Positions 20,571-29,872 are shown, numbered from the stretch's first letter. The stretch is 64,000 nt of DNA from an uncultured Actinomycetes bacterium (GCA_963837155.1 CAWIMB010000001.1:683586-747585), one strand, 5' to 3'. Notes: generated from the letters alone by a model not told the origin. Program-made: numbers and translations.

Positions 20571-22001
20571 CCCAAGTCCGAGACGCTCGTTGTACGCCCT
20601 GATCGCGGTATCGGCTTGGCGCTGCGCCCGTTGCAGCGCCGCATCGGGTGTGAGACCGTCGGTGAGCATTGACAGCAGGCCATCCCTCACTGCGTCGCGC
20701 ACACCTTGGTAATCGCCGATCAGCGAGCCCGCAGTCGCAGTGGTCTCGGCGCCGGTTGTGAGCTGGTCGTACCCCACCCGGAAGAGCGGTTCGGTTCGCC
20801 ACCGTTGGACGAGCGCGGGTACGGACGTGGCATCGGCGCGCATTGGCGCATATCCGCCCTCGGCGGCGAGCGCCGCTTGCTGTTCGGAGGACGCGAGATA
20901 CTTGATGTACTGCCATGCGGCACCGCGTGTCGCGGGCTTCGCAGCCTTCGGGATCCACAGCGACCCGTCGCCCACCGGCGCGCCACCACCACCGTGCAAT
21001 GAAGGCAGCGGCGCGGCGCCCAGCTTCACCGTCGAGTATTGGCCGGAGGCGAGCGCTTGCTTCACGTTGCCGAGCGCGCCGCTGCCTTCGATTGCCATCG
21101 CCGCAGTGCCGGTACCCACGGCGATGAGGTGGTCGATGTTTCCAGGCGCGCTGCCGGTATTCAGAGCCAGGCCGCTGCGGACCATGTCGTTCCACCACGT
21201 CCAGATCGCGCGCGCGGTCGGCGTGTCGAGCGTCGTCGCGGTTGCGCGCCCCTCACGTCCGTTTCCATGGTTGACAAACGTGCCGCCCGACTTGGCGTTG
21301 AGGAACTCGAAGACGAACGGCTCGACACGCAACGCGATGCCGTACGTCGCGGCGTGGCTCGCGATGATCTTCTGTGAATACTGCTTCAACTCGTCGAGTG
21401 TTCGCGGCGGCTTGTCGGGATCGAGGCCGGCCTTCAGGAACGCGGCGCGGTTGTAGCCGAGGACCGGGTTCGACAAACTCCAGGGCATTCCCCACAGCGC
21501 GCCCTGATACGAGAAGTACGCCCGGGCGCGCGGCAACATCGGGGTGAGCGAGTAGTGATCGGCATCGACACAGGCTTGGATCGGCACCACGCTCTGGCTG
21601 TCGATGAGACGCTGCATCTCGATGTCGGAGGGTGTGAACACATCGGGCAAGGCATGCGTCGACAGACCCGCGAGGTACTTCGTGTGCAGGTCCTCGTAGT
21701 TCGGGAGTTGCACGAGCGTGACGTGCACGTCGGGCTGAGAGTGGTTGAACGCGTTCGTGGTGGCGGCAAGCCAATCGGCGGTGGCATGCGACATGACGTG
21801 CCAGAACTTCACCTCGACCGGTTTCGGTGCCGCAGCAAACGCGTCGAGTCCGCACGCCGCCGGGTCGACGGCGGTGCGACCCGCGCCCGCGTCGCCTTGC
21901 GTCTGGCTGTGCACCGAGCCGCTGCTACACGCTCCCGCGGTCAGCACGACGGCGGCCAGGATGCCGAGAAGGCGTGGCGACACCACGGCCCGAACGTACA
22001 C
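20568..22001 (-). CDS. ABC transporter substrate-binding lipoprotein (carbohydrate-type, family 1)
   Basis: The start was trimmed to a GTG near 22001 so that the lipoprotein signal RLLGILAAVVLTAGAC is N-terminal. The remainder is collinear with sugar-binding SBPs (KFWHVMSH..., WGMPWSLSNPVLGYN, KYLASSEQQA). Confidence 0.85.
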   Translation of the reverse strand: MYVRAVVSPRLLGILAAVVLTAGACSSGSVHSQTQGDAGAGRTAVDPAACGLDAFAAAPKPVEVKFWHVMSHATADWLAATTNAFNHSQPDVHVTLVQLPNYEDLHTKYLAGLSTHALPDVFTPSDIEMQRLIDSQSVVPIQACVDADHYSLTPMLPRARAYFSYQGALWGMPWSLSNPVLGYNRAAFLKAGLDPDKPPRTLDELKQYSQKIIASHAATYGIALRVEPFVFEFLNAKSGGTFVNHGNGREGRATATTLDTPTARAIWTWWNDMVRSGLALNTGSAPGNIDHLIAVGTGTAAMAIEGSGALGNVKQALASGQYSTVKLGAAPLPSLHGGGGAPVGDGSLWIPKAAKPATRGAAWQYIKYLASSEQQAALAAEGGYAPMRADATSVPALVQRWRTEPLFRVGYDQLTTGAETTATAGSLIGDYQGVRDAVRDGLLSMLTDGLTPDAALQRAQRQADTAIRAYNERLGLG

Positions 22002-22035
22002 GCGCGTGAGGAGTGTCGACGAGGAGCACGACTGC

Positions 22036-22284
22036 TCAGATGCCCTCGGCGACCATGCGATCAGCGGTCTCTCGACGGATCCGTTTGATGCCGAACGGTT
22101 CCTGTGTCCCCGAGTCACCGATGCCGAAGAACTCCTCGAGCGCGTCGCCACGGTGGCGAACCTCGCCGGGCAGATGCGCCTGGATCACCTCGGCGGGCGA
22201 GCTCCTCGGGCGTTATGCCGCGCCGCGCTGCCTCGACCTCGAGCCGGTGTGCCAGCTCGTCGGCAATGGAACGCTCACAGACAT
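22036..22284 (-). pseudogene. Decayed paralog of the vapB-like RHH antitoxin (one -1 and one +1 lesion)
   Basis: Collinear with 25951-26199 at roughly three-quarters nucleotide identity by eye: MSVSVPLP|DELAHRLEVEAARRGITPEELA|AEVIQAHLPGE...KRIRRETADRMVAEGI. The lesions are near 22258-22266 and 22189-22201. Only the first 6 codons of a vapC copy (GTGCTCCTCGTCGAC) follow it. Confidence 0.6.
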
Positions 22285-22417
22285 GCTTCAAGTCTACGAG
22301 CACAGCGCGACTGCGGGATACGTTCACCGATGTGGCCGGAAGTGGCGCGCGGATAAGACGACGAGCACCGTGACGGCCGGCGGCGGCGTAGACACCACCA
22401 TCACAGCGCCTCTCGCG

Positions 22418-22460
22418 GTGGAGACGATGGGACTCGAACCCACGACCCCCTGCTTGCAAA
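22418..22460 (-). repeat. Direct copy of the 3' 42-43 nt of tRNA-Ala (distal att-type repeat)
   Basis: gTGGAGACGATGGGACTCGAACCCACGACCCCCTGCTTGCAAA is identical to 44383/44384-44425 and then diverges. Confidence 0.85.
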
Positions 22461-22566
22461 CTGCGATCGGACGCCTTCGCTAGCAGGGCGTTTTCGTAGT
22501 TCTGCAGGTCAGCGGCGTCCATGGTGTCCGCCGGTTACCGCTGGGAACCGTCAGTGACCATCCGTA

Positions 22567-23427
22567 GTGGCACGGAAGTGGCACGACACGCACTCGTGTC
22601 GCGTTTGCATCACTGCATGCGCCATTCCCGAGTGCACCTGTCACTTCGACCATGCGGAGCGCAACATGCACTCGAACTCCGATCACGCTCACTCCTCACT
22701 CGATCTCTCTACCTCCTCGAGCGTTCAACCTTCCAGCCCCTCTCATCGCATCAACCTCTCCGCGTCTTCACCTCTCGATCCCCTCACCGCCTCCACCCTC
22801 GAATCCTTCTCCAAGATCTCATACAGACTTGCCGGTTCCGCGAGCGGAACCAGCCGAAGCAGCGGAAGCTTCCTCGACGAAGCCGCGGCGGAGCTCGCGT
22901 TCGAACCCGATATCGATCCACGCGATCCCGAATCACTGAACGAGTTCGCACGTCGGTACCGCGAGCGAACCGCACGAGCGCTTGCACTCGAACAAGCCGC
23001 GATCGAGTACAACGACGCCGTACATGCAGCCGGCGTCGTGCGCAGACGCATCGAACGGCGGCAGGCAGCGCTGCGGCGGCGCGCCGAACGCAAGGACTTG
23101 AAAGAGAACCGCCGGACCAATCGGCCCGTCCACGTCGACGTCAACCCGGCCGCGTGGAACGCGGTGAAGCAGGAGGCGTTCCGCCATCGCCGCACAGTCG
23201 GGGACACGGTCGGCGAGCTCGTGTTGAGGTCTGTACAAGACGGCGTTGTCCCTCGACGCAGACCTCACCAGTCGTCTACATCGCGCTTCGCTCGCGTCTT
23301 CGTCGACGTGGAGACGTGGGGACAGTTCCGAGCACTTGCCCTTGACGCGCACGTGTCAATCGGCCGCCTGATCGGAATGCTCGTCGAGCGTGAGGCCCGG
23401 CGACTCGGTGCGGAAGGCGAGCAGTGA
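22567..23427 (+). CDS. Island protein with two RHH-like C-terminal repeats, translationally coupled to the integrase (possible excision/regulatory factor)
   Basis: 286-aa ORF with a low-complexity Ser-rich N-terminal third, so the true start is probably downstream (for example Met at 22666). The C-terminus has two similar units, VHVDVNPAAWNAVKQEAFRHRRTVGDTVGELVLRSV and VFVDVETWGQFRALALDAHVSIGRLIGMLVEREA. Its stop overlaps the integrase start (GTGA at 23424-23427). Confidence 0.5.
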   Translation: MARKWHDTHSCRVCITACAIPECTCHFDHAERNMHSNSDHAHSSLDLSTSSSVQPSSPSHRINLSASSPLDPLTASTLESFSKISYRLAGSASGTSRSSGSFLDEAAAELAFEPDIDPRDPESLNEFARRYRERTARALALEQAAIEYNDAVHAAGVVRRRIERRQAALRRRAERKDLKENRRTNRPVHVDVNPAAWNAVKQEAFRHRRTVGDTVGELVLRSVQDGVVPRRRPHQSSTSRFARVFVDVETWGQFRALALDAHVSIGRLIGMLVEREARRLGAEGEQ

Positions 23428-24566
23428 GCACCCGGCGCCGGTTCGGCGCAGTTCGTCGGCTGTCGTCAGGACGCTGGCAGGCACGCTTCCGGGATCCCGA
23501 GACCAACAGGTACCGAACCGGGGACCAAACCTTCGCGACGAAGACCGCGGCGTCGAGATGGCTGTCAGCGCTCGAGACCGACATGGCGCGCGGCGTCTGG
23601 CACGATCCAAAGCGGGGCGAGGTACTGCTCCGCGACGTCGCCGAGCAGTGGTACGCGACCAAGCTGCACCTGCGTCCGTCCACGCTGCACATCTACCGCA
23701 CGCTGCTCGACCGTCACATCCTGCCGACGTTCGCCGAGGTCCCCGTCGGCTTGATCACGACGCTCGACGTGCAGATGTGGATCTCCGACCGTCATCGCAA
23801 CACGCGCATGGGCGCGAACAGCGTCGCGAAGACATACAAGGTGCTGCGCACAATCATGGAGTCAGCCCTCGACGCGGATCTGATCGTTCGCAATCCGTGC
23901 CGCATCAAAGGCGCTGGTACCGAACGGTTGCCTGAAATGCGCTGCTCAACCGTGGAGGAGGTAGCAGCCATCGCGCAGGCCGTCGAGCCGAGGTGGCACG
24001 CGCTGATCCTCCTTGCGGCGTACTCCGGCCTGCGATGGGGCGAACTCGCGGGGCTGCGCCGCCGCTACCTAGACCCGCTCCACAAGACGGTGCGAGTCGT
24101 CGAACAATGCACCGAGGTCAACGGCCACTTCGTATGGGGCCCACCGAAGACAACCGCGGGCACGCGCACCGTCGCGCTGCCAGCCTTCATCTGCGACGTG
24201 ATGGTCGAGCACATCGCTCGCTGGAGCGAACCCTGTGTCGATGGCCTCGTGTTCGTCATGCCCGAAGGCACCCCGCTACGACGCGAGAACTTCCGCAAGC
24301 GCGTATGGCTGCCAGCGTGCCGCGCGGCCGGCATCGAAGGCCTCCGCTTCCACGACCTACGACACACCAACGCGACCCTCGCTGCAGCGAGCGGCGCGCC
24401 GCTACGCGCCGTTATGCACCGACTCGGTCACGCCTCGGCTGCGGCAGCTCTGCGCTACCAACATCAACTCGTCGGCCAAGACGTCGCGATCGCGGAGTAC
24501 CTAGAGCAGATTGGTCGCCAAACGGAGAGGCGTTCAAACGTGCGAGCCACGCGCGATCTTCGGTGA
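23424..24566 (+). CDS. int: Tyrosine recombinase / phage-type integrase
   Basis: 380 aa. The N-terminal arm-binding-type segment is RLSSGRWQARFRDPETNRYR. A core-binding domain follows, then catalytic residues in LAAYSGLRWGELAGLRR, RFHDLRHTNATLAAASG and LGHASAAAALRYQH. Confidence 0.92.
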   Translation: MSTRRRFGAVRRLSSGRWQARFRDPETNRYRTGDQTFATKTAASRWLSALETDMARGVWHDPKRGEVLLRDVAEQWYATKLHLRPSTLHIYRTLLDRHILPTFAEVPVGLITTLDVQMWISDRHRNTRMGANSVAKTYKVLRTIMESALDADLIVRNPCRIKGAGTERLPEMRCSTVEEVAAIAQAVEPRWHALILLAAYSGLRWGELAGLRRRYLDPLHKTVRVVEQCTEVNGHFVWGPPKTTAGTRTVALPAFICDVMVEHIARWSEPCVDGLVFVMPEGTPLRRENFRKRVWLPACRAAGIEGLRFHDLRHTNATLAAASGAPLRAVMHRLGHASAAAALRYQHQLVGQDVAIAEYLEQIGRQTERRSNVRATRDLR

Positions 24567-24768
24567 CCTTCGCGTACAGGCACTCAATCTGCCTACGGGC
24601 AGAACGTGTTGTTGCATCCCGGCGCCAACCCGACTGGCAGCGGGCCTGCCGCGGATTCGTAGTGCAATGCGTTCAGCGCCGCCGAGCTCATGCGCAAGGT
24701 CGAAAAGGAGGCCGGGTCTGGGGAACCCGCGTCCGAGAAGCCGAGGACCTCCTGATCCATGATCAACA

Positions 24769-25464
24769 TCAGCCGTTCCGCGGATGGGCCCGCAGATACT
24801 CGAGCAACATCTGGTCCTGTTCAGCCGGCAGCACCACGTCCGCCTGACAATGCGCCGCATTGCAGTTTCGTGGAAGGTCGTTTCGGACGTCCGAAGGACG
24901 CACATTCGCAACCAGCTTTCCGGCAGTGAAGCAACCCGTATCGAGTGCACCAGGTAACGGCGCCAGGGATTGACCCTCTTCGACAATCTTCGAGCAAGCG
25001 CCCGAGCGACGTTCGCCTGTCACGCGGACCTGAAACTGCCAGCGGCTCCCGATGATCGCGAGATATTCCCGAGGCACAGGCGACTTCGACCGGATCTCCA
25101 GGATGGTTTTCCGAACGCAACCTCCACCCCGGTGGGAGAGCGAGCAGTCTCGCAGGCTTCCAATCCCCACACGCGCGTCGTTCAAACCGAGGCCGCTATT
25201 GCGCAACCGCGCTTCCAGAAGCACCGCGTCCACGCGCGCGAGATCGGAACTGGCGTCGAACTTGTGCTGGAACTTGTCGTACTCGATCGCGCCCCCGACG
25301 AACGCGATCGCCGTCGGCCGAGTCTCCGAACGCCAAGGCGCGGCGACCACCACGCCCGCTGTCGCGGCCGCGACGAGGAGTGCAACGATCACCCACCAAG
25401 ATCGCAACCGGCGACGGTGGTCGCCGGCGTCGACCGAATGCGCCGTCTGTTCCACACCACCCAA
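24769..25464 (-). CDS. Membrane-anchored hypothetical protein (island cargo)
   Basis: 231 aa with a single N-terminal TM (WWVIVALLVAAATAGVVVAAPW) and a Cys-containing extracytoplasmic body. No motif was recognised. Confidence 0.5.
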   Translation of the reverse strand: MGGVEQTAHSVDAGDHRRRLRSWWVIVALLVAAATAGVVVAAPWRSETRPTAIAFVGGAIEYDKFQHKFDASSDLARVDAVLLEARLRNSGLGLNDARVGIGSLRDCSLSHRGGGCVRKTILEIRSKSPVPREYLAIIGSRWQFQVRVTGERRSGACSKIVEEGQSLAPLPGALDTGCFTAGKLVANVRPSDVRNDLPRNCNAAHCQADVVLPAEQDQMLLEYLRAHPRNG

Positions 25465-25532
25465 TCGGCCGGGGGGCGGTGGGCTTTATCCACCCGTACA
25501 GCGAGGGCCGTAGCGGGTGCCAACAGATGGGC

Positions 25533-25943
25533 TCAGGGCACCAGTTCGAATGCTTCGACATGCCGCGGCCGAACCGCTCGGAAGTCACGATTATTGAGCG
25601 TTGCCACCGTCGCGACGCCCAGTCGCTCCGCGACGGCGACAATCGACGCGTCAACGAAGCCGAGCCCGAGATCGGCGTATTGCTCGATGAGACCGATGCA
25701 GCGTTCGCAGTCGCCCATCGACAGATCGACCACCCGCACGTCGCCGGTCGTCACGAGGCGGAGCAGAGCGGCCTCCGCGGCGACACCCAGGCGGCGCTCG
25801 ATCAGCCACGCCGACTCCGCGATCACCGGAGCTGTCGTCACCAACTCACCTCGATGTGCGCCCATCACATCCACGCACGCGGCGTGCTGCGCCTCGCGGC
25901 GATCGGCCGCGGCGAGGAACACACCCGTGTCGACGAGGAGCAC
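25533..25943 (-). CDS. vapC: PIN-domain toxin (VapC family)
   Basis: The start was trimmed to GTG at 25943 (VLLVDTGVFLAAADRRE...). The PIN acidic residues lie in LVDTG, VIAESAW and GFVDASIVAVAERLG...TLNNRDF. The gene begins 8 nt after the antitoxin stop. Confidence 0.85.
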   Translation of the reverse strand: MLLVDTGVFLAAADRREAQHAACVDVMGAHRGELVTTAPVIAESAWLIERRLGVAAEAALLRLVTTGDVRVVDLSMGDCERCIGLIEQYADLGLGFVDASIVAVAERLGVATVATLNNRDFRAVRPRHVEAFELVP

Positions 25944-25950
25944 GCGGCGG

Positions 25951-26199
25951 TTAGATGCCCTCGGCGAGCTTGCGGTCGGCAGCCTCTCGGCGGATCCGCT
26001 TGATGTCGATCGGCTCCTGCCCGCCGGAGTCTCCGACGCCGAAGAACGCGTCGAGCGCATCGCCCGGCTCACGACCCTCGGCCGGAAGGTGCTCTCGGAT
26101 CACCTCTGCCGCGAGCTCTTCCGTCGTCATCCCGCGCCGCTCGGCCTCGACCTCGAGCCGGTGCGCCAACTCGTCAGGAAGCGGAACACTGACGGACAT
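25951..26199 (-). CDS. vapB: Ribbon-helix-helix antitoxin (VapB/CopG-like)
   Basis: 82 aa: MSVSVPLPDELAHRLEVEAERRGMTTEELAAEVIREHL. This is the typical RHH N-terminus, and the gene sits directly upstream of the PIN gene. Confidence 0.85.
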   Translation of the reverse strand: MSVSVPLPDELAHRLEVEAERRGMTTEELAAEVIREHLPAEGREPGDALDAFFGVGDSGGQEPIDIKRIRREAADRKLAEGI

Positions 26200-26335
26200 G
26201 CCACAAGTCTAGGAGCGCACCGGAACCGGTGGATACGCTCACCGTTGTGGCACGGAAGTGGCATGCGGATGGCACGACGAGCGCGGTGAACACTGCACAA
26301 CGCATCGCGCAACCTCGTGACGTGCGAAAACTCAG

Positions 26336-26381
26336 TGGAGACGATGGGACTCGAACCCACGACCCCCTGCTTGCAAAGCAG
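26336..26381 (-). repeat. Direct copy of the 3' 46 nt of tRNA-Ala (internal att-type repeat between the two island units)
   Basis: TGGAGACGATGGGACTCGAACCCACGACCCCCTGCTTGCAAAGCAG is identical to 44384-44429 and then diverges. Confidence 0.85.
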
Positions 26382-26748
26382 AACAACGCACTTTCGCGAT
26401 CAGCTGCGATTCGCGAAAGCGCTGGTCACAGCGTTCGTGTGGTGTCGTCGGATACCGCGCGGTGACGCGCAATGATCGGTCGTTAGGTCACGGTTAGGTC
26501 ACGCGCGCTCACGAGCACGACGGCGCGGCCGCGGTGTCACAGTACGAGAGACCGTGCACATCGATACGACGGCCAGCGTCATCTCGACGAATGCGCGCAG
26601 GCAGTCGGACGATTGCTGGCCGATCGGGCCCAGGCCGATCGGATGGGCGCGAGCGCGCAAGAGCGGGCACGAGGTCGCTTCCTCGCGGACCGGCATCTCA
26701 CCGAGTGGGCCGAGCTGTTCGGGCGCGTTCTCGAGACGTGAGCGGCCT

Positions 26749-27153
26749 TCAGGGCGTTGGGTCGATGCGGCGGCCGGTGATGTTTTCGGCTCGGATGCGA
26801 ACGAAGCGGTCGCGGACCTCGCCGGCCCACGCGGGAAGGTCAAGGGCGCGCGCCCGATCGAGGTCGTCCGGATGCACGATTTCCTCAGCGGCACCGACGA
26901 CGTTCACGCTCCATCCGGCTTGGAGGTCGCTGTCGTACGCGTCGACCTCGAATGCGATCGTCCGATGCAACGCCGCGGCAATGAGCTTCTCGCCAGGGGC
27001 TGTACGGAACACGACGTCGCCGTCCAGGAGCGCGTACACAACGGGCAACACGGCCGGGCGGTCGCTGCAGACAGCCACGCGTCCCACACGCTGCGTCCGC
27101 AGAAAGACCTCGCACTCGTTGCGGTTGAGGATCGCAAGCCCGTAGCTGCTCAT
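26749..27153 (-). CDS. Pyridoxamine 5'-phosphate oxidase (PPOX)-family flavin/deazaflavin-binding protein
   Basis: MSSYGLAILNRNECEVFLRTQRVGRVAV...PVVYALLDGDVVFRTAPGEKL...GWSVNVVGAAEEI. This is the split-barrel PPOX pattern. The upstream Met at 27198 is an alternative start. Confidence 0.8.
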   Translation of the reverse strand: MSSYGLAILNRNECEVFLRTQRVGRVAVCSDRPAVLPVVYALLDGDVVFRTAPGEKLIAAALHRTIAFEVDAYDSDLQAGWSVNVVGAAEEIVHPDDLDRARALDLPAWAGEVRDRFVRIRAENITGRRIDPTP

Positions 27154-27239
27154 GGCGCGACCGTATGCAGAGGGATGCGCGCGCGGGAAGGGCCACAAGT
27201 CCCTGCGTCGACGGGGATCGTAACTGGCAGAATGCGATC

Positions 27240-27850
27240 ATCGCTGTGACCCCTGCCGCATCCAGGCCCGAGACCGTTCTGGCACACATTGCTGTGGGTG
27301 CCGACATCATCGTCCCGCTCGCGAACGGCGAGCCGCGTGTGCTGACCCAGAGGCTCGATGCGTACACACACGAACTCACGCGGGTACACGTGCATCAGAT
27401 GCATGCCCTCTACCATCACCCCTACCCTCACAACGCGTACGACCGCCTGCACGCATCGGGCGCGAACACTGCTTCGTGTCGATCAACGCGACCGTCGAGG
27501 TCGACCTCCTCGGGCAGTGCAACTCGGAGATGATCGCAGGGCGCTACTACTCGGGTAGCGGTGCGCAGACGGATTTCACGCGGCGCGATGTACAGCGAGC
27601 GCGGGATGGGTTTCGTCGTGGTGCACTCGACCGGCGACGAATCGGCGTCCCGGATCGTCTCAACGCTCCGCCCGGCGCGCCCGTCACGACGATGAGAAAC
27701 ACTGTCGACGATGTCGTCACCGAGTACGGCGTCGCCGAGCTCCGCGGCCGCTCGATCGCGCAGCGAGCGGAAGCGCTGATCGGGATTGCCCACCCGAAGT
27801 TCCGTGACACGCTTGCTCAGGACGCGCGCGAATTCGGATACCTGCGCGGA
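27240..27850 (+). pseudogene. Acetyl-CoA hydrolase / 4-hydroxybutyrate CoA-transferase family remnant (internal deletion plus frameshifts)
   Basis: An N-terminal piece (VGADIIVPLANGEPRVLTQRLDAYTHELTRVHVHQMHAL) is joined directly to a C-terminal piece (SINATVEVDLLGQCNSEMIAGRYYSGSGAQTDFTR...VTTMRNTVDDVVTEYGVAELRGRSIAQRAEALIGIAHPKFRD). The pieces lie in different frames and the middle of the family is missing. Confidence 0.6.
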
Positions 27851-27974
27851 GTACTCGAACCGGGCTCGGCAGTCCGGGCGTCGGGAGGCCAAAGGTCTCT
27901 GCCTCGCGTCGCGTTCGACTCTGTCGCTGAGACTCCCGGTCGACAGACACTGGACGAGGCCGTAGGAGACAATC

Positions 27975-28505
27975 ATGACACTCGGAGTTGGAGAAGAGTT
28001 CGTCGCCCGGGACGGAACTGTCGTGCACCTGCGCGCCATCCGTCCAGATGACGAGACTCGGCTCGCCGCCTTTCACGATCGCCTTTCCCCAGCGAGCCAG
28101 CAGCTCCGATTCTTCAGCGTGCACCCGCACCTTCAACCGGCGGAAGTGCGGCGCTTCGTCAACGTCGATGGCACGCGGCGCGTGGCGCTGGTTGCCACTC
28201 GAGACGGCGACATTGTGGGCGTCGCGCGGTTCGATCGTGTCGCCGGGACGACCGACGCCGAAGCCGCGTTCGTCGTCCAGGACGACCTCCAAGGACGCGG
28301 GCTCGGTACTGCGCTGCTCGAACACCTCGCACACGTTGCGTGCGAGAAGGGTGTGACCCGGCTGGTCGCCCAGACGCTGCCGGACAACACACGAATGCTC
28401 CACGTGTTCCGACAGTATCGACCCGACCTGACCGTCGCCTATGCCCACGGAGTCATCGAGGTCACGATTCCGCTCGATTCGAACGGAGGCGATCACAATG
28501 ATTGA
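27975..28505 (+). CDS. GNAT-family N-acetyltransferase (Pat-like GNAT domain type)
   Basis: 176 aa with LRAIRPDDETRLAAFHDRLSPASQQLRFF and the acetyl-CoA motif A, VQDDLQGRGLGTALLEHL. Confidence 0.85.
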   Translation: MTLGVGEEFVARDGTVVHLRAIRPDDETRLAAFHDRLSPASQQLRFFSVHPHLQPAEVRRFVNVDGTRRVALVATRDGDIVGVARFDRVAGTTDAEAAFVVQDDLQGRGLGTALLEHLAHVACEKGVTRLVAQTLPDNTRMLHVFRQYRPDLTVAYAHGVIEVTIPLDSNGGDHND

Positions 28506-28977
28506 CCCGACAGTCGCACAAGAGTTTCTCGCCCAGCAACGGTTGGCAGTGGTCGGTGCGTCCGACCACCCGCAGAGCTTCGGCCGCACGGTGTACTGCG
28601 CCTTGCGCGACCACGGCCACGACGTCGTCGCCGTAAATCCCACTTGCGAGTCGGTCGCCGGCGACCCCTGCTACGCGGACCTTGCGAGCGTGCCCGGCGA
28701 CATCGACGGCGTTGTCGTGATGGTCCATCGCGATCGGGCCGCTGACGTCGTGCGCAGGGCCGCAGAACGCGGCATCACCCGTGTCTGGCTCTTCAAAGGC
28801 CTGGGCGGCCCCGGCGCCGTCTCCGATGACGCGCTGGAGTCTTCCGCGATACACGGCATGGATGTTGTCGCGGGCGCATGCCCAATGATGTTCCTCGAGC
28901 CCGTCGGCTGGTTCCATCGAGTCCACCGCGCAGCCCGCCGCACGAACGGTTCCCTCGCTCGTGTGCCCGCAACGTGA
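28498..28977 (+). CDS. CoA-binding domain protein (YccU-like)
   Basis: The start was trimmed to ATG at 28498 (MIDPTVAQEFLAQQRLAVVGASDHPQSFGRTVY...VNP...GDPCYADLASVPGDIDGVVVMV). It overlaps the GNAT stop by 8 nt. Confidence 0.85.
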   Translation: MIDPTVAQEFLAQQRLAVVGASDHPQSFGRTVYCALRDHGHDVVAVNPTCESVAGDPCYADLASVPGDIDGVVVMVHRDRAADVVRRAAERGITRVWLFKGLGGPGAVSDDALESSAIHGMDVVAGACPMMFLEPVGWFHRVHRAARRTNGSLARVPAT

Positions 28978-28980
28978 GCG

Positions 28981-29767
28981 TTGCCAACCGGCGCCGCCAG
29001 TAGCCTTACGCGCTTGCGAACGAGCCGAATCGTCGAACAGCTCGGCGCCCCGCTGGCACAACCCGCCCCGGAGGGGACATTCTCAGACGCTGAGCTTGTC
29101 GGGCTGCCGGCACCAGTGCGACGTCATCTCGCGGCCGCGATTGCACCGGGCGCACCGTTGCCCGCGTCTCGCGCGCCTCCGAATGCGCGGGCACATCAGG
29201 ATCGGCCGCTGGGTGCCCTTTCGCGCGCAGGAACTCCTGACACCGCACCGAGGGTTTGTGTGGGCGGCGCGGACCGCGGTCGTGATCGTAGGCTATGACC
29301 ATTACGCCCGCGGACGCGGTGGAATGGACTGGAAGCTCGGCGGTGTCGTGCGTGTCGCACATGCTGAGGGGCCCGACGTCTCGCGGGCTGCTGCCGAGCG
29401 CGCTGCCGGCGAAGCAGTGTGGATCCCAACGTCGCTGTTGCCGCGCTTCGGTGTGAAATGGTCCGCCAGCGACGACGCGAACATCAGCGCAACTGTCGCG
29501 GTCGACGGCCATTCGATTGACTTGCACTGCCGCATAGACGCAGAAGGCTGGCTCGAGTCGTTCGTGTTCGACCGGTGGCATGACCCCGATGGTTCGGGCG
29601 TCTGGCGCGCGTGCCCATGTGGGGGAGAGGTCACGGAGTACCGCACCTTCGAGGGTCTCACGATCCCAAACGCAGGAACGCTGGCATGGTTCTTCGGCAC
29701 GGAACAGTGGCCCGAGGGCGAGTTCTTCCGCTACGAGAGCACTGATCTGCAGCCCGTCGGATCATGA
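28981..29767 (+). pseudogene. DUF6544-like hypothetical protein, frameshifted as assembled
   Basis: The N-terminus ELVGLPAPVRRHLAAAIAPGAPLPAS is in the frame of ORF 28981. The frame switches at about 29170-29180 into RLRMRGHIRIGRWVPFRAQELLTPHRGFVWAART... (ORF 28961..29767). Confidence 0.55.
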
Positions 29768-29872
29768 CGCATCAACAACGTCTGAACTTCAGTTCCCAGC
29801 CGCGGTGCGATGGCGGCTGCCGGCGATCTCCGCGACCGCGTGAAGTGGGTTCAGTGCACGTCAGTGGTTCGC

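Noticed and set aside
22567-22583. Sigma-54-like promoter reading of TGGCACG-N4-TGGCA
   Set aside because: The -12 element deviates (TGGCA versus TTGCA). Actinomycetota are generally considered to lack RpoN. The motif recurs at fixed distance from the att copies, which fits recombination sites better.
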